From positions 930,001-994,000 of the forward strand of contig MU004187.1 of assembly GCA_010093605.1 (NCBI GenBank): DNA of 64,000 nucleotides, read 5' to 3'. This DNA comes from Lophium mytilinum. Its lineage: Eukaryota. Shown one piece after another: positions 13,358 to 26,130 of the stretch (its first letter is position 1; the number at the start of each line of letters is the position of its first letter). The notes under the pieces were generated by a model, which had not been told where the DNA came from, did no database searches, and saw only the letters and a list, made by a program, of their open reading frames with translations. Position numbers and translations under genes: made by a program.

Positions 13358-14445
13358 CTAGCGCGGTCCCCTATATGCCCCCTGCAACTGCTCCTTCACG
13401 AGATTATACCCGCGCGTATTCTCATGCACGCCATGGCACTTGACCCCCTTGGAGCACTTCCCCTCCTTAGCCCACTGCGCGCACAACTCGCGCGTGCAGT
13501 GCGTCTTCGTCTCCTTGCACCAATCGCAGATGGTCTCACCGTGGCGTGTGCGGCACTTGTAGTGGTGCTTCCAGCAATTGTGGCACACGATCTTGCCGAA
13601 CTGTGCGAAGCGGGAGTCGCTGGAGCGGCGCGGGCCACCGCCGGCTGCAGTATTGCGGGCAGGGCGCGAGCTGGGCTCGTCGGAGCCGTCGCTTCGGTAG
13701 CCTCCGTTGTCGCTGGCGTACCCGTCGTCGTCTTTGATGTTCGGGGGACCGCTCGGGGTGGCGTAGGCGAGGGTGTAGGGGGCGTTACCCTGGTTATTGT
13801 TGGTGTTGAAGCCCAAGGGGGAGGGGCGACGCTCTGGGGGGGCGTAGGCTGGGTTGTTGTTGGTGTTGAAGCTCAAGGGGGAGGGGCGACGCTCTGGGGC
13901 GTAGGTCTGGGCGCGGCGGTAGTTGGGTTGGTAAGCTGGCTGGGAGGGGGACATGGGCGCGGCATTGTTGTAGGGGGTGCGGAACATGCGGCGCTGTTGC
14001 TGGGGACGGGAGGGGGGGTTGTAGGTTGGAGTTTCGTAATGCGGACCAGTGGGCTCGGGAGAGGCGATACGGGGACGCTTGCTGCCAGAATTGAAGCCAC
14101 CGCCGGGGAGAATGAAGGAGTCTTCGATGGACTTGATGCGGTGGTTCAGGTCAGAGTTGTCGGCTTCGAGCATGTCGACGCGGGCATGGGCGTCCACGAG
14201 ACTGTGGTGTGGGTCAATTAATGTGACAAGAGAGGAATGAAGGGCAATACTAACCTGCTTTCTTTCTCGTTCATCATCCCCTGAAGGTCGTGAATCTGTT
14301 GGCGTAGGTGCTCATTTTGGCCGCGGTAGTCATTTTCGTTAAGGTTTTCGTCCTTGAGACGCTGTATAATGTGTTTGCACTCCTGGTATATGGAGTCGAT
14401 GTTATGCTCCAGAACGTCGAGGCGACGCGTGTTATTGGTAGACAT
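13358..14445 (-). CDS. Hypothetical protein: coiled-coil N-terminus, Pro/Asn-rich middle, C-terminal Cys/His zinc-binding region
   Basis: ATG 14445 (MSTNNTRR), one intron ~14200-14254 joining to ORF 13358-14197. C-terminus CHNCWKHHYKC..CDWC..C..C..C..C..H. Start could be further upstream in the same ORF. Confidence 0.7.
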
Positions 14446-15841
14446 GGCCTGCGTGGTGCGGTGGGGTTGTGGTTGAGTGAAGTGACGAGACTGCGGTGGA
14501 TGAACCGCTTGCTGAGGAGCGTGTTGTTCGTGAGAGAATCTATCTAGGCCGGCAAACTCTTGACAAGCAGTCGGGCGGCGACTCGATGTGGAGCCAGTGA
14601 ATAACGGCTCCTCGACGTCGGGACCGTAGCATTCACTAGAAAGTTCTCCGCCAGAAGACGCTAAGCCTAGCCCTCCGGAATCCTGTTCTGCACTGTTTCT
14701 TCCGGCTGTGAAGCTCCCCGAGGCTTCCTGGTCTCGTTCCTCAGGAGGCTTCTTTTTGCCCCCATGTATAAGCTCACGCAGCTCCACTAACTTCCAGAAG
14801 CTCATGTTGTCAAGAAGAGAATGGCAGAAAGCGGTAAGCTGTGGATTGGAACAGTGGTGGAGAAGCCTTGAAGGGTCTGTTGCTTCGTGCTGGGACACAA
14901 TGTCCGACACAAGACGCGGTCAACTAGTCTTCCTCGCATACCCTAATTACGGATTCGGATTCCCTATAATTTAGCTCACCTCGTTCTCAATACTCACTGG
15001 CTATTTTAATGCCACACTGATCATTTCTTCCTATACAAGCCAAAAGATTGACACCCTCTTCAACTTTTGAGCCTACCTCGGCATGGTGTCAACGTAGTGA
15101 TTCCTGTTCAGAAGCAAGAATTCGACTCATACTCTCCTTCCCACATCTAGAATGTAAAGGTGGGATTTAGAAGGATACCCAGCAGTATAATAATTACAAG
15201 CTTAATCCAGACACCATGACGGCTACGTTTTCCTCCCACTCACAACTTGGAGTAACCTCAAACACATAACGAGACTAGGAAGAGACACACTAGAATTGAC
15301 ACAACTTGGAAGGCCGGAGTTTCTGTAGGTTATAATGGGGTCAAATTAGAGAGCTACTGAGTGGCTAGCCTAGGAAGGCATCAAATCTCGGGATGATTAG
15401 GTATGGCCTGCAAGGATAGGAAATGAGTCGTAGAGAGTCGGTCAGTCATGAGCATATAGCAATAGAAGGAAAGAAAGTCTGCCTTTCACGAGAGGTTCCT
15501 ACTCGATAGTCGATTTGACCAGGTTCAGAGGTCCAGTCATCGCGGACATGAGAAAGACATGAAGCATACTTGGCCTATGATACTAACTTGAATGATTTTA
15601 AGCTAGTACATATTCTAGTCAAATAAGCATGCTCACATTGGCTTGCCACTGCTTGAAGTGCTCCAATATGTCGTAACGAAACGGTCATCGTCGAGTTTTG
15701 ACAGAGCTTCAAAACTGCTGGGCCACGTCACACGGCGGCATCTACATTTCATAAAACAAAGGCGGTGCGGTCCATTTACCTCATTGACCAGGTTGAGTTG
15801 GTACGTCCACTAACAACACTGTCACACAGCTCAATGGCTCA

Positions 15842-17457
15842 TCAGCGACCAAATCTATGCAGCTCCCAGTATCGTAATGGCGGGAACACCAACGCAGCCC
15901 ATGCGAAGCCAACATAGTTGCCCATCTAAAGCAACGTCAGCGCCAGCTAGTCTCTCATGAAAGCAAGAAAAGAGCACTCACATCGGCTCCATAATCGCCT
16001 ACGAGCTTCGCGATTGGTCCAATATACCACACTTGCGCCATACATAGGATTGCCCCAACCCAGCCGATCAGGAACGCAATCAGTGCCGCGATGCCATGGG
16101 GAAGCTTCTTCTGTTGATTCCAGACAGGCCAATTAAACCCTCGGGTGCGTCGGAAAATAAGATGCTCCTCAAGAGTGATAGCAATCCAGATGGACACCCA
16201 ATAACCCATGAGTGCGAGGAAGTTCGTGAAAATCTCCGCAAGGTGATCACGCCCAGCAAGAGCGCAAACCGTGAAAATGACGACGCCAAAGGTGTTCCAG
16301 ACTGCGCGAGGAACGCGTGCAAAGTAGCGACCCAAGATCTGGAAGTCAACGCCAGAGGAGTACACTGGCGGGATCATGTTTGCAACTAGGCCCAGGGCGA
16401 CTATAACACCACAAAAGCTGCCAAAACTCCCCAAAGGACGGAAGCCCTCGACAATCAGCGCGCCCTGCGATACTCCGTACGAGGTGGACCAAGCAGTGTT
16501 ATTAGCCATTCCAGAAGCGAGCCCAATGCCAAGGAGGAAAGCAAAGGTGAAGCTCGTTGAGAGACCGATCATGGTCATGGAGAAAATCTTCCAGCCGGGC
16601 GTTTCTTCGGGATAGTAGACAAAGTAGTCGGCCGCGCCTCCCGCATAAGTGATTGCAGCGGAAAGATTGATGCTGAAAAACGACAAACGATTGCCAACGA
16701 GGGTTCGCGAATCACCAACGGAAACAGAAGAAGTATCGAATCCTGGCCCTGCTACACCAGCCAGAATACAAAACACGATCAGCTGCGGCAACCACGCATA
16801 CCGTTCGTAGTAATGGAAGATCTGGTAGCCAAAAGTCGTGACGCCCCAGGTGATGACGGCCACCACTATAATGCCGACGACAACAGACATGTCGGTAGTA
16901 GAAACTGCGGACAGAATTTGGCCGGCAACCACCGCGTCAATCATAGCGTAGCCCAACAACACGATCAAGTTGAGGATCACCACTAGCTTTGACGGCCACC
17001 AGCCCATCGTATAACGCGCGAATATCATTGTCCTATTGCCGCTTCGGGGTCCAAATGTCGCTGTATACGCTGTGGGCAGACATCCTAGAAGCATGCCAAA
17101 CACAGCACACATGGACGAATCCAGAAAACCGAGCTCAAACACTGCTGGGCCCAGCATACCCAGCGTGATGTTATTGGCGGCCAGATTTATCGAAAACCAC
17201 AACACAGATATCTGCGTGTATCCTAAGGAGCGCAAGTCATGGCGCTCGTCTGCTTCCACGCGCTGTATGCCACGGGCCTCTAGATTATACGCCACTAGCT
17301 GTCGTTCGAAGGTTTTCAGCGCTTTCTTCGCTTTCCCAGGAAAGGTTTGAGGGTATTGTGGTTCGTCGTGGGTAGGTAAGCCCTCGTCCGGGGCAAGGTT
17401 CATGCGATGAGACTTCTCGGCGATGTCAGACGCCTGCGGGATTGGTCCTGCCTCCAT
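15842..17457 (-). CDS. Purine-cytosine permease-like transporter (NCS1 family)
   Basis: ~500 aa with many hydrophobic segments, LEARGIQRV, GPRSGNRTMIFARYTMGWW, FLALMGYW. A 3' intron leads to final exon MGNYVGFAWAALVFPPLRYWELHRFGR*. Confidence 0.88.
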
Positions 17458-18319
17458 GTTCACCTGTTGAAATCAGCCTATCACTCCCAGTACAGGAAGC
17501 GGAAACAATGCATAAATCCTTTCGCTGGAGTTATCCAGATCAAGTTCGAACCGTATTTCTCAGAACGCCACCGCAGAGGCCTACAGATCCATTTCTCAAG
17601 TCAATTCGTGCCTTGCACTGCAGGCTGACTGCTTTGACGTGTTGAGAAATGGCGGCACAGGCTCTGCGATGGACGAACACCGGTGTTCATGCATTTGTTT
17701 CTGGTGAATACCTTGATCCAATGATTCTCTGCTACTCGGCTTCATGGTTTGTCGACCGTACTTTAGCAGCACTTATGTGTGCGTGTCGTGGTGCTCAGTG
17801 GGCTGACTCAGTGAAAGTTTTTGCTAGGGCGTAGAATATAGTGTCGCGGTGTTTGACTTCGGGGACTGCCAAGGGCCGGAGAATGCTGTCTGCAGATCAA
17901 AAGAACTCCGGGATGTAACGGATACTACCGGTTTGCAAGGCTGGCAATGCAGTTGAGACCGTATCGGACTTGCGCAGGATGAGGAGGCGGGGGATTCGTT
18001 GGAGTTCGACCACATCTTGATTTTCGAGCGCTCAACCGCGATCCGATCTACGATTCAGAGGCATCATGTGACTTCATTAAGAGGAGCACAGTGCGAGCTT
18101 TCAGGCATCTAGAACGGGGTACTTCTCTATCAAGAGCTCGGATATCGGTAGGCTAGGCTGTATTCGAGTTTGCCTAGTCAAGAAGGAGAGGCTATGGCAA
18201 ATCACGTGATCTCGGGCATACCTCAGTGAGGCTCAGCTGAACGGAAACTAGCCGCCATCTCTTAGTCCTCATGGTCTATCAGGGATCCCAATCCTTGGAA
18301 GCTTTATCCTTTCAATAGC

Positions 18320-19537
18320 ATGTTTACCCTCCGTCGAAGGGCGTTCGCGGCCTCCATTGCGCTCATATTCTTCTTCCTTATCATTCAGTTCAGCTTCCGG
18401 CCCCTCACCGCGGACAGCGTACGGTCACTTGTCAATGTAACGCATTATGCTGAGGATATCTTTGGCAAGACGTCGGAAAACTCAACAATCAATCTCAGGT
18501 ATGCAGTCATGAGATTAGGTGCCCTTTCCTTCATCTTCACGCGCGTATTAAGAAGAACCCAGCCCGGAACTCTCCGCGACCAAAACAGTCTCGGGAATCG
18601 TTCAAACGCCCTCTGCAGCAACTAATCTAGACAAGATGTTGGTGGTAGCTAGATTGAAGTGGGAAGACACAAATTGGGTCCATGAAAACTTCCCCGAGTA
18701 AGCTTCTTGGCTATCCCTCTTCTTCTCCAAGTTCTGACCTAAGTGATTATTGCAGCTGGCAAACTGCCGTTTACACGGTCAATGACGAACAGGCGGAACT
18801 TCACACAAGCACAAACAAAGGTCGTGAAGCAAATGCCTATCTCACTTACATTGTAGACAATTACTCCAAGCTCCCTTCGATAATAGTGTTCTTACACAGC
18901 CATCAAAATCACGATCACGGATCACGGCGTGATGTTGGGGACTTGAATTTTGATAACGTCGCATCCGTCAAGGCTCTCAACATCGCTTTCGTCCACCAGA
19001 CCGGTTTTGCAAATCTCCGATGCATCCAAAGTCCAGGTTGTCCTGCTGAGATCCAACCGTTCCGACCGGCTGAGGAGTTGTCTGATCTAAGGCCTCAGGA
19101 GCGCGCCATGGTGAGCGCGTGGAACGAACTATTTAGAAACTTTGACGTCCCAAAAGTTATTGCTGCGCCGTGTTGCGCACAATTCGCCGTCTCGAGAGAT
19201 CAAGTATTGAAGAGGTCGAAGGATGAGTATCAGCGGTATCTAAAGTGGCTCTTGGATACGCCGCTGAACGACGCCACGTCTGGAAGAATATTTGAGTATC
19301 TTTGGCATATAATTTTTGGAAGAGAGCCTGTACAGTATGTCTCGATCTACTGAGCACTTAGAAGATTTTTGCTGATAGTCTCTCAGCTGTCCAGATATGG
19401 ATCAATGCTATTTAGATCTTTATGGGAGTCCTCCACGGTGGAATGCGAGCAGCAACACACCGTGTAAGTATTTTCTTCATCTGCTGACGTCTCCATTCAA
19501 TCTGCACAAGCTAATGAAGCACACAGTAGATGAATAA
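18320..19537 (+). CDS. DUF3431-family protein with N-terminal membrane anchor, multi-exon
   Basis: NKGREANAYLTYIVDNY, FLHSH, NLRC...GCP, APCCAQFAVSRDQV, SGRIFEYLWHIIFG motifs. GT-AG introns; first acceptor uncertain. Confidence 0.82.
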
Positions 19538-19899
19538 ACGTATTTCTCGACTTACTCTTTGAGCATCTGTGCCCAGGTACTGACCTGGCCCCCAAGGTCC
19601 GAGCGCATCGGCGCGATCTTGTGGCTGATGACCCCTCCTGTTATATGTTAAAGTCAGCCATGAGACGCATAGAGGGCTAAATTAGCATAATAAAAGCAGC
19701 GATCGCAACTCAATTCCACTAGTTTGCGGCTGAGCTCGAAGGAAAAGGGAGGGGAAGCCCCAGGCTGGCGATAAGAACAGCGCGTCGTAGACTACGACAA
19801 GGCTGAGGCTGTAGCATATTAGTACCCCAGCACTGCCGTGACAGCCTTCTCATTTGACTTTCCCTTCCCTTCCTTCTCTATTTCCTACCTTTTTTTGTA

Positions 19900-21015
19900 T
19901 CGCCTGGTCCATACCGCTTACTACGATCTTCGAACCGCCGTCGCAATGTATGCAAGACATTTGGTGGCTTACAAGCTATGAGTTGCTGGGCGGGACAGGA
20001 TATAGCTCATGTCTTCCAACTTCGTTTACCCCAACATCCTCATTTTATTACTCCCCGGGGCTGTATTGCCCGGAAGGGTATTCGACGGCATGCAGTTCGA
20101 CCTATGGCTCTGAAACCATTGTGACATGCTGCCCCACGTTAGTTACCCTCGTTCACTCCGGAACCCGCACACTCACAAAAAGGCCCAGCGCTAACTTGGC
20201 TATGGGCTTATAGATCGTTCTCGTGCGGAGGGGATGGTCCTTTCGGTTATAGCTGGGAATCAACTCTAGGATGTACTTCCGCGGTGTCGTCATCGGGTCT
20301 GCATACGGTTCTGGTGGCTACAGGAACAGAGGCCAGCGCTCCTTTCTCTAAAGTCGTCTTCAAGCCGGACATCCTGATTTCCCGAATAGGTTCATCCAGA
20401 GGGGCCGGGGGCAGGGGTCAATGCATATAGCGTCCAGAACAGATTCCAGGCTTCTGACCTGGTAAGTTTTGGAATTCTCAGCAGCATATCTTTTCGACGG
20501 CTAGCAGGGCAAAGCTAACCTGACCTGATTAGATCACATCCACGTCTTCTTCAAGCTCAAGCTCGAGCAGTTCTACATCAACGCCGACTCCCTCCGCGAA
20601 CACTGCTACCGTCACGATTACCTCAACCTCGACCTCCTCAAGCTCGACCTCCTCAAGCTCGACCTCCTCAAGCTCGACCTCCTCAAGCTCGACCTCCTCT
20701 ACTACTGCCACGAGCTCCCCATCACACGACTCCGGGTTTTCCACTAGCGCGAAAGCAGGAATCGCTGTCGGCGTTGTCCTTGGCGTAGCCTTGATTGCAG
20801 CTATCGTTTTCCTGGCTTGGGCGATTGGCAAGAGATCGAACAAGCAAAACAATCAACAGCATACTGGTGGCTATCATCTCCCTTGGTCAAAAACGCCCGA
20901 TACGGTGGTATACGGCAGCGCGTCCCAGGAACCTGGAAATTATGCAGGGGCACAACCGCCGTACGAATTGGGTCATGGTCAATATGCGCCGCATGAGTTA
21001 CCTGAGCTTAGATAA
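19900..21015 (+). CDS. Cys-rich / Ser-Thr-rich single-pass membrane protein, possibly defective
   Basis: PLTTIFEPPSQC..CLP..YYSPGLYCPEGYSTAC..CCP, GVNAYSVQ, Ser/Thr tract, GFSTSAKAGIAVGVVLGVALIAAIVFL transmembrane segment and YELG tail. Start codon and one donor site are non-canonical. Confidence 0.65.
20627..20699 (+). repeat. 15-bp coding minisatellite encoding SSSST
   Basis: Unit TCCTCAAGCTCGACC repeated 4-5 times. Confidence 0.9.
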
Positions 21016-21144
21016 CCCCCATCCTTCAAGAGTCTAAAGCGCAGGAACGAAATCTCTCTCGATTTTAAATCTTGAAAACTAATATAATCCAACGATACCA
21101 CGACAACAAAACCCCTACTCCAAACATTCCCAAAGCAAGCTAAC

Positions 21145-21978
21145 CTAACTCGGCACAACCCACTGCTTCCGAAACCTCGTATAAAAATCACTGAACTCAT
21201 TCGTCGACATCGCCCTCCTCATCACCAGCACCTTCTCCAACCCCACCTCCCCCCCATCCTCCCCGACAACCCTCAAATCACTAATCGGCGCATGCGTCCC
21301 CTTATCCCACGCCTTCCCCCGCTTCACTTTCTTCTCCCGCACCTTCTTATCCGTAAACCGCAGCTTCGCATCCCGACTCACCCGCGCACACACGCCGCCC
21401 CTGCCCTCGGGCGCGCTCACACTGCAGCACCGCCAGACATCCACAATGAGCGGCGCGCAGCCGGCGCCGGGCGGCGTCACCCACCGCTCTAGCGTGATCG
21501 CGTGGCGCACCTGCGCGGTGAAGTTGTCGAGCGCGAGGAGTGCCTTGCCGAGGCCGTTGAGCGCTTTGTCCATGGTGAAGAAGTTGGTGCCTGTCATGGT
21601 GCCCAGGGTGTGGAGGGCGATCTTCTGCGCGGGTGCGAGCTGCGGGGATTGGGTGTCGCTGACGAGCGTGAGGAGGTTTTGGCGGTATTCGAGGTCGGCG
21701 TTGGTGGGGCCCGTGGCGGCGAGGAGGGGGAACATGGGGAGGGGGAGGATGTGGGCGTATTTGCGAAGGAGTTGGAGTTGGGCGGTTTCGGAAGGGGTGA
21801 GGGGGGCGGTGGGTTGGGTGGGAGGAGGCTGCTGGGTGGGAGCTGGGGGATAGCTGGGTTGGGCGTATGTATTGGGTGGTTGGGGGTAGCTGTTCGAGGG
21901 TGTAGAGTATGTGTTGTTTGGGTGTTGTTGTTGAATGTTGCTAATTTGGGGAGAGGTGGTCCCGTAGTTCTGAGCCAT
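21145..21978 (-). CDS. Hypothetical protein with Pro/Gln-rich N-terminus
   Basis: Long ORF with coding-like bias; likely ATG 21978 (AAAATGG context). No family recognised. Confidence 0.65.
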   Translation of the reverse strand: MAQNYGTTSPQISNIQQQHPNNTYSTPSNSYPQPPNTYAQPSYPPAPTQQPPPTQPTAPLTPSETAQLQLLRKYAHILPLPMFPLLAATGPTNADLEYRQNLLTLVSDTQSPQLAPAQKIALHTLGTMTGTNFFTMDKALNGLGKALLALDNFTAQVRHAITLERWVTPPGAGCAPLIVDVWRCCSVSAPEGRGGVCARVSRDAKLRFTDKKVREKKVKRGKAWDKGTHAPISDLRVVGEDGGEVGLEKVLVMRRAMSTNEFSDFYTRFRKQWVVPS

Positions 21979-22635
21979 TTTTAAGCTACGAAGGGCGTCT
22001 TGAGACGCTGCTACGAAAGATGAGTTTCTCTCCGATAAAGACATGAGCGAAGGTCGAAGGCTGCAGCATTACTTATACTGAAACCAAGGCTGGATGACTT
22101 GCTCCGCGGAGCCACTTCGCTGTCAGTGTCAGATCGGAGGAAAGATAGTATTGCCAAGGGGCATGTGTATACTCTTCGTTCCCTAGCTATGTCTTATTGG
22201 TGTCAAGGAGCGCCATAAACGCCTTTACATGCTTGGAGGAAGTGCCCAGCATTCCCGCCTTCAGCTGCCAAGACGATACCGTGATCAGCTGGTTTCCGTG
22301 CCAATGAGATTAAAGAGTCTTGCATATAGCCAAGAAAAGAGTCCGGCTTTCGCAATTAAGACACAGGTCTAGAGACGCCTTGACAGCGTGGAGGAGAAAG
22401 AGAGTGATGCCTAGATGCTTACAGGAGATCTTTAGTCGACCAGCTTTACTCCTGGAGACATAATTTTGCAGCACGCGTGGAACTCTGTGGACTTGGAATA
22501 CATTCGCCATTCAGGCCTACATGTAAGTTGGTTGAAGGAAATGTATTAACACCTGAGTCTGGGTATACTGTACAGATTGAAGATACCATCAAGGACGGCC
22601 TGAGGGTTTCTATACCTCCCTCCCGAGATCGTACT

Positions 22636-24484
22636 TCACAAGTCCTTTATCTCAAACTTCGTCCTCAAGTACTCCCCGTATTTTCCAAAAACAATCGGCA
22701 GGGGTATCAAAGCCACTGCGATAAACCCAAGCAGACTATTTCCCCACCCGATCCCTAGTGCCTGATACATCGGCGTTCCCGCCAACGGCAACACAGCACC
22801 CACTACGCTCCTTAGCATCGTATTCGCGGCCAACGCACTCGCTGCGTATAGAGCAAAACTATCAACGATGTATGTGAGTGTACACATGAAGATGAGCAAC
22901 ATGCCCATCCCGACAAACACAGTGCCAATGATGGGCATGATCCAGTGGATATGTTGATCCGCGCTCCATCCGTACCAGAAGAGGCCGATGGGGAGTGCCA
23001 CCGAGCCGTATATCATGGGCGGGAGACGGTACTCTGGCTTCACTGCTGTTGTGTTGTCGGCCGCGGCGCGTTTCTGCATTAGTTTGTCGCTGTAGTGGGA
23101 GAAGATGAAGAGGGAGAGTAGGCTGCCGATGCCGAAGCCGAGGTATGCGAGACCAGTGACGCCGGTGTTCCAGCCGTAAACTGTCTTGTACATGGGTGTG
23201 ATGGTGGTGAACAGCAGGTAGATGTAGCCGTACACGATCGCCAGGTACAGGGAGAAGGCAATGACGACGGGTGACAGGAAGAGGATCTTAAGGGGACGTA
23301 GAAGGGAGTGGCGGATGAGGTCGTAGGTTGTGCGGCCCGTGTCGAGACGCGAGCGGAGTTCGAGGTTTCCAGTTGAGGCGCGGAGAGCGCGCGTTTTGCG
23401 TTCGAGGATTACGGGAGCGTAGGTCTCTTTCATTGAGACGAAACAGAGGAGGGTCGATGCGCCACTCTTTTAGAACTGTCAGTACTCGCCCTTCGAGAAC
23501 TACACACACATCAGTATATGGAACACTTACCACGATAGTAAGCAGCCAGAATACCCATCTCCAACCCTTCGCTTGACCCAGAAAGCCACCCCCGATCGGG
23601 CCAATGATAGGACCCATAAGCGGACCCAATCCAAACACACCGGCAACCTTTCCCCTCTGCTCGGCAGGAACCAGGTCGTGAATGGAACCACCACCATTCG
23701 TAAGAGGACAGCTTCCGAATATGCCACAAAGCAATCGAAACGCAATGAGCATACCCGTACTAGTTGCTTTCGCGCATCCAACCGTACATAAGACGAAGCA
23801 TACGTTGCAGATGTGGTAGATCGGGACGCGGCCGAAGACTTCAGACAAGGGCGCGATGACAAGAGGGCCGAGTGCGAACCCAAGGACGTAAACTGATACA
23901 ACGAAAGCGGCGAGACTCGAGGATTTGATGCCGAATTCGACCATTATCTCTGGGATCGCGGGTGCGCATATGGACGAGGCCAACGGCGTGAGAAGTGTGA
24001 TGAAACTTATGAGGATAATATTGGCAGCCTTTCTCCTCGTACTCCAGTTCCTGGGGTTCGCAGGGTCGTTAGGCCCATCCCACCAAACAGTGTTCTTCTC
24101 GAAATCTGCCTTCTCTTCTTCCGAGTTGAAGGAAGTGGACAGAGCTGCTGCTTCCAGGTCTTTTGGAACGTTTCGTACATGATGAGGTAATGATGCTGCG
24201 TTGCTTGACCGCGAGAAAGTCTTCTGTAGTGTGCTCGACAACGTCTTCCGTGGTCCCTCTTCCTTCTGGCTTGCGCCGGTGTTTTGGCGCGAGAGCGAAT
24301 GGCGTCTGCTTATAGACCGCTGCAGCTGAAGTTCTCCCTCCTCGTTAAGCACAAAGCCATCGTTGGTAGCAATATCGGCATCATGGCCCTCTGTAACGGC
24401 TTCTTGTCGGATTCCTTGCTCAGAAAGCCCCGTTGGGGAGTGGACAATGCTAGCCTCGTGGATTGGAGGGCTTGGATTTGACAT
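22636..24484 (-). CDS. MFS multidrug transporter (DHA1 family)
   Basis: WDGPNDPANPRNW, GPLVIAPLSEVFGRVP, GPIIGPIGGGFLG, ETYAPVILERK, PEYRLP motifs. One intron ~23468-23530. Confidence 0.93.
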
Positions 24485-25308
24485 CGAAGTTGTCAATTTG
24501 ATTGAAGGGCTTTTAACAGTGGCAGAAGTTTGTGTTCAGAGTGAACATACTGCGCGCATACGAAGGCGACAGCAACGTCTTGCTTTATACGACCCCGGAT
24601 GAGGTGCCGAGGTCACCTGCATAGTCAAGACGTGCCGAATTGTTGCATCGGAAGTCGGAAGCCGGACGAAATGAGTCGGCCGAGGCTTCTTGAAATATGC
24701 GACGCATATTGTCACGTTTGGAGGAGGTGGTACAGCCAAGGGACAGCCAAGGTCGTGGAGAGGCGTGATATTCGTTAGTGGAATAAGGTGACATACCGTG
24801 ATCACGGAAGCGGTAACTTACCGAACACCCCTGAATATTCATACACGCCACAACTTGGCGTATCCCACTCGAACACCATGGTCGAGTATTAGAATGAAAA
24901 GTATGCTCTGGATGCTGCGCCTCGAGAAATCATGCTACGCTGAATTTTTTGGAATAGGATGAGCTACCCCAAACATCGGTGAACAGGTGTCCTGAACAAT
25001 TTATCCGAGTCGAAATCAGAGGTAGCTACTGCGTTGAACAGATACTTTGACGAAACAAGACTGGAGTAAACACAGTGTTCTGATTTGCGATGTCGAGGAT
25101 GCATTATCCAAAGTCTAGATCCGTGCTCTATCCTGGGGTATCTCACAGTATTTCCATGCCCCGCAGATCTACAGCAACACCCTGCCAGTCTACAGCCAAT
25201 GATCCAAGGTTACCATCCAGGCGGCCCGTTTAGCCGAAGCGAGGGGTGCAAGTGTTGAGTCGAAGCGAGGTGTGCAAGTTGTCGCAGAACTCCCCAACTG
25301 GCGGACAC

Positions 25309-26130
25309 CTACTGTGGCTGAGGATCCCTCTTCAACACGTGGCTGACGTCCTCGTCAAGTCCGTATCTGCTCATGTCAAGCTTCAGCTCACCGACCACCT
25401 CAAACCCAACGTTCTGGAACATCTTCTTAGATGCTGGTCTTGCGCTGACGTACATAGCGGCACCGTACGTGTCGGCAATCTCGTTGCAGTGGCGGCAGAG
25501 CCAGGTACCTAGGCCGCGGCGTTGGAACTCAGGGTGAACAAAGGTGCCATGGCGTGCTTCAGTCTGTCAGTAAAGGCCGTAACATGGTGTTAAACTGCTT
25601 TAACTTACTGAAATGCTCCTCTTCGTCGGCGCCGGACTCGATCTGGAACTCGGTTTGCCTGAAGCAATAGAACTCGGCAATATATGGGTCGAGTCCTGCA
25701 ATTGGGGGCAGCTCTCGTGCTTTCAACATCGTGTCCCAGTCCTTCTTCTCCTCTTCGGTCCTAGATCGAGGCCAGGCAAGCTGCGTGTAGCCGACCAGCT
25801 TCCTAGATCGAGACAACATTAGTCCTCGAGACAACATTAGTCCCTTTATCCATGCCCAGGGAGGAAGTAATTACTATACCCCGTGGCTATCTGTACGATC
25901 TTAAAGCTCTTCTCGCCGATCGCGTCCTGGTCAAAGCGGGGAGCTATGTGGTACTCCCACAACTTGTACTCCCCCCTGGCGCTCATATCTCGCACCATCG
26001 GCTTGTATAGCTCGTCGTCCGCGTGGGCTAGAACTGCCAAGTTGCAGATGTCTTCGATGTCGTTGGCCGTGGCTTCGAGGAGGGCGAACTCTTCCGTGGG
26101 CTCTTCTTTCTGCGCGGTAGGCTCTGCCAT
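25309..26130 (-). CDS. GNAT-family N-acetyltransferase, three exons
   Basis: Spliced product includes FVHPEFQRRGLGTWL (acetyl-CoA binding motif A) and ASKKMFQNVGFEVV. Last exon is absent from the ORF track. Confidence 0.82.
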
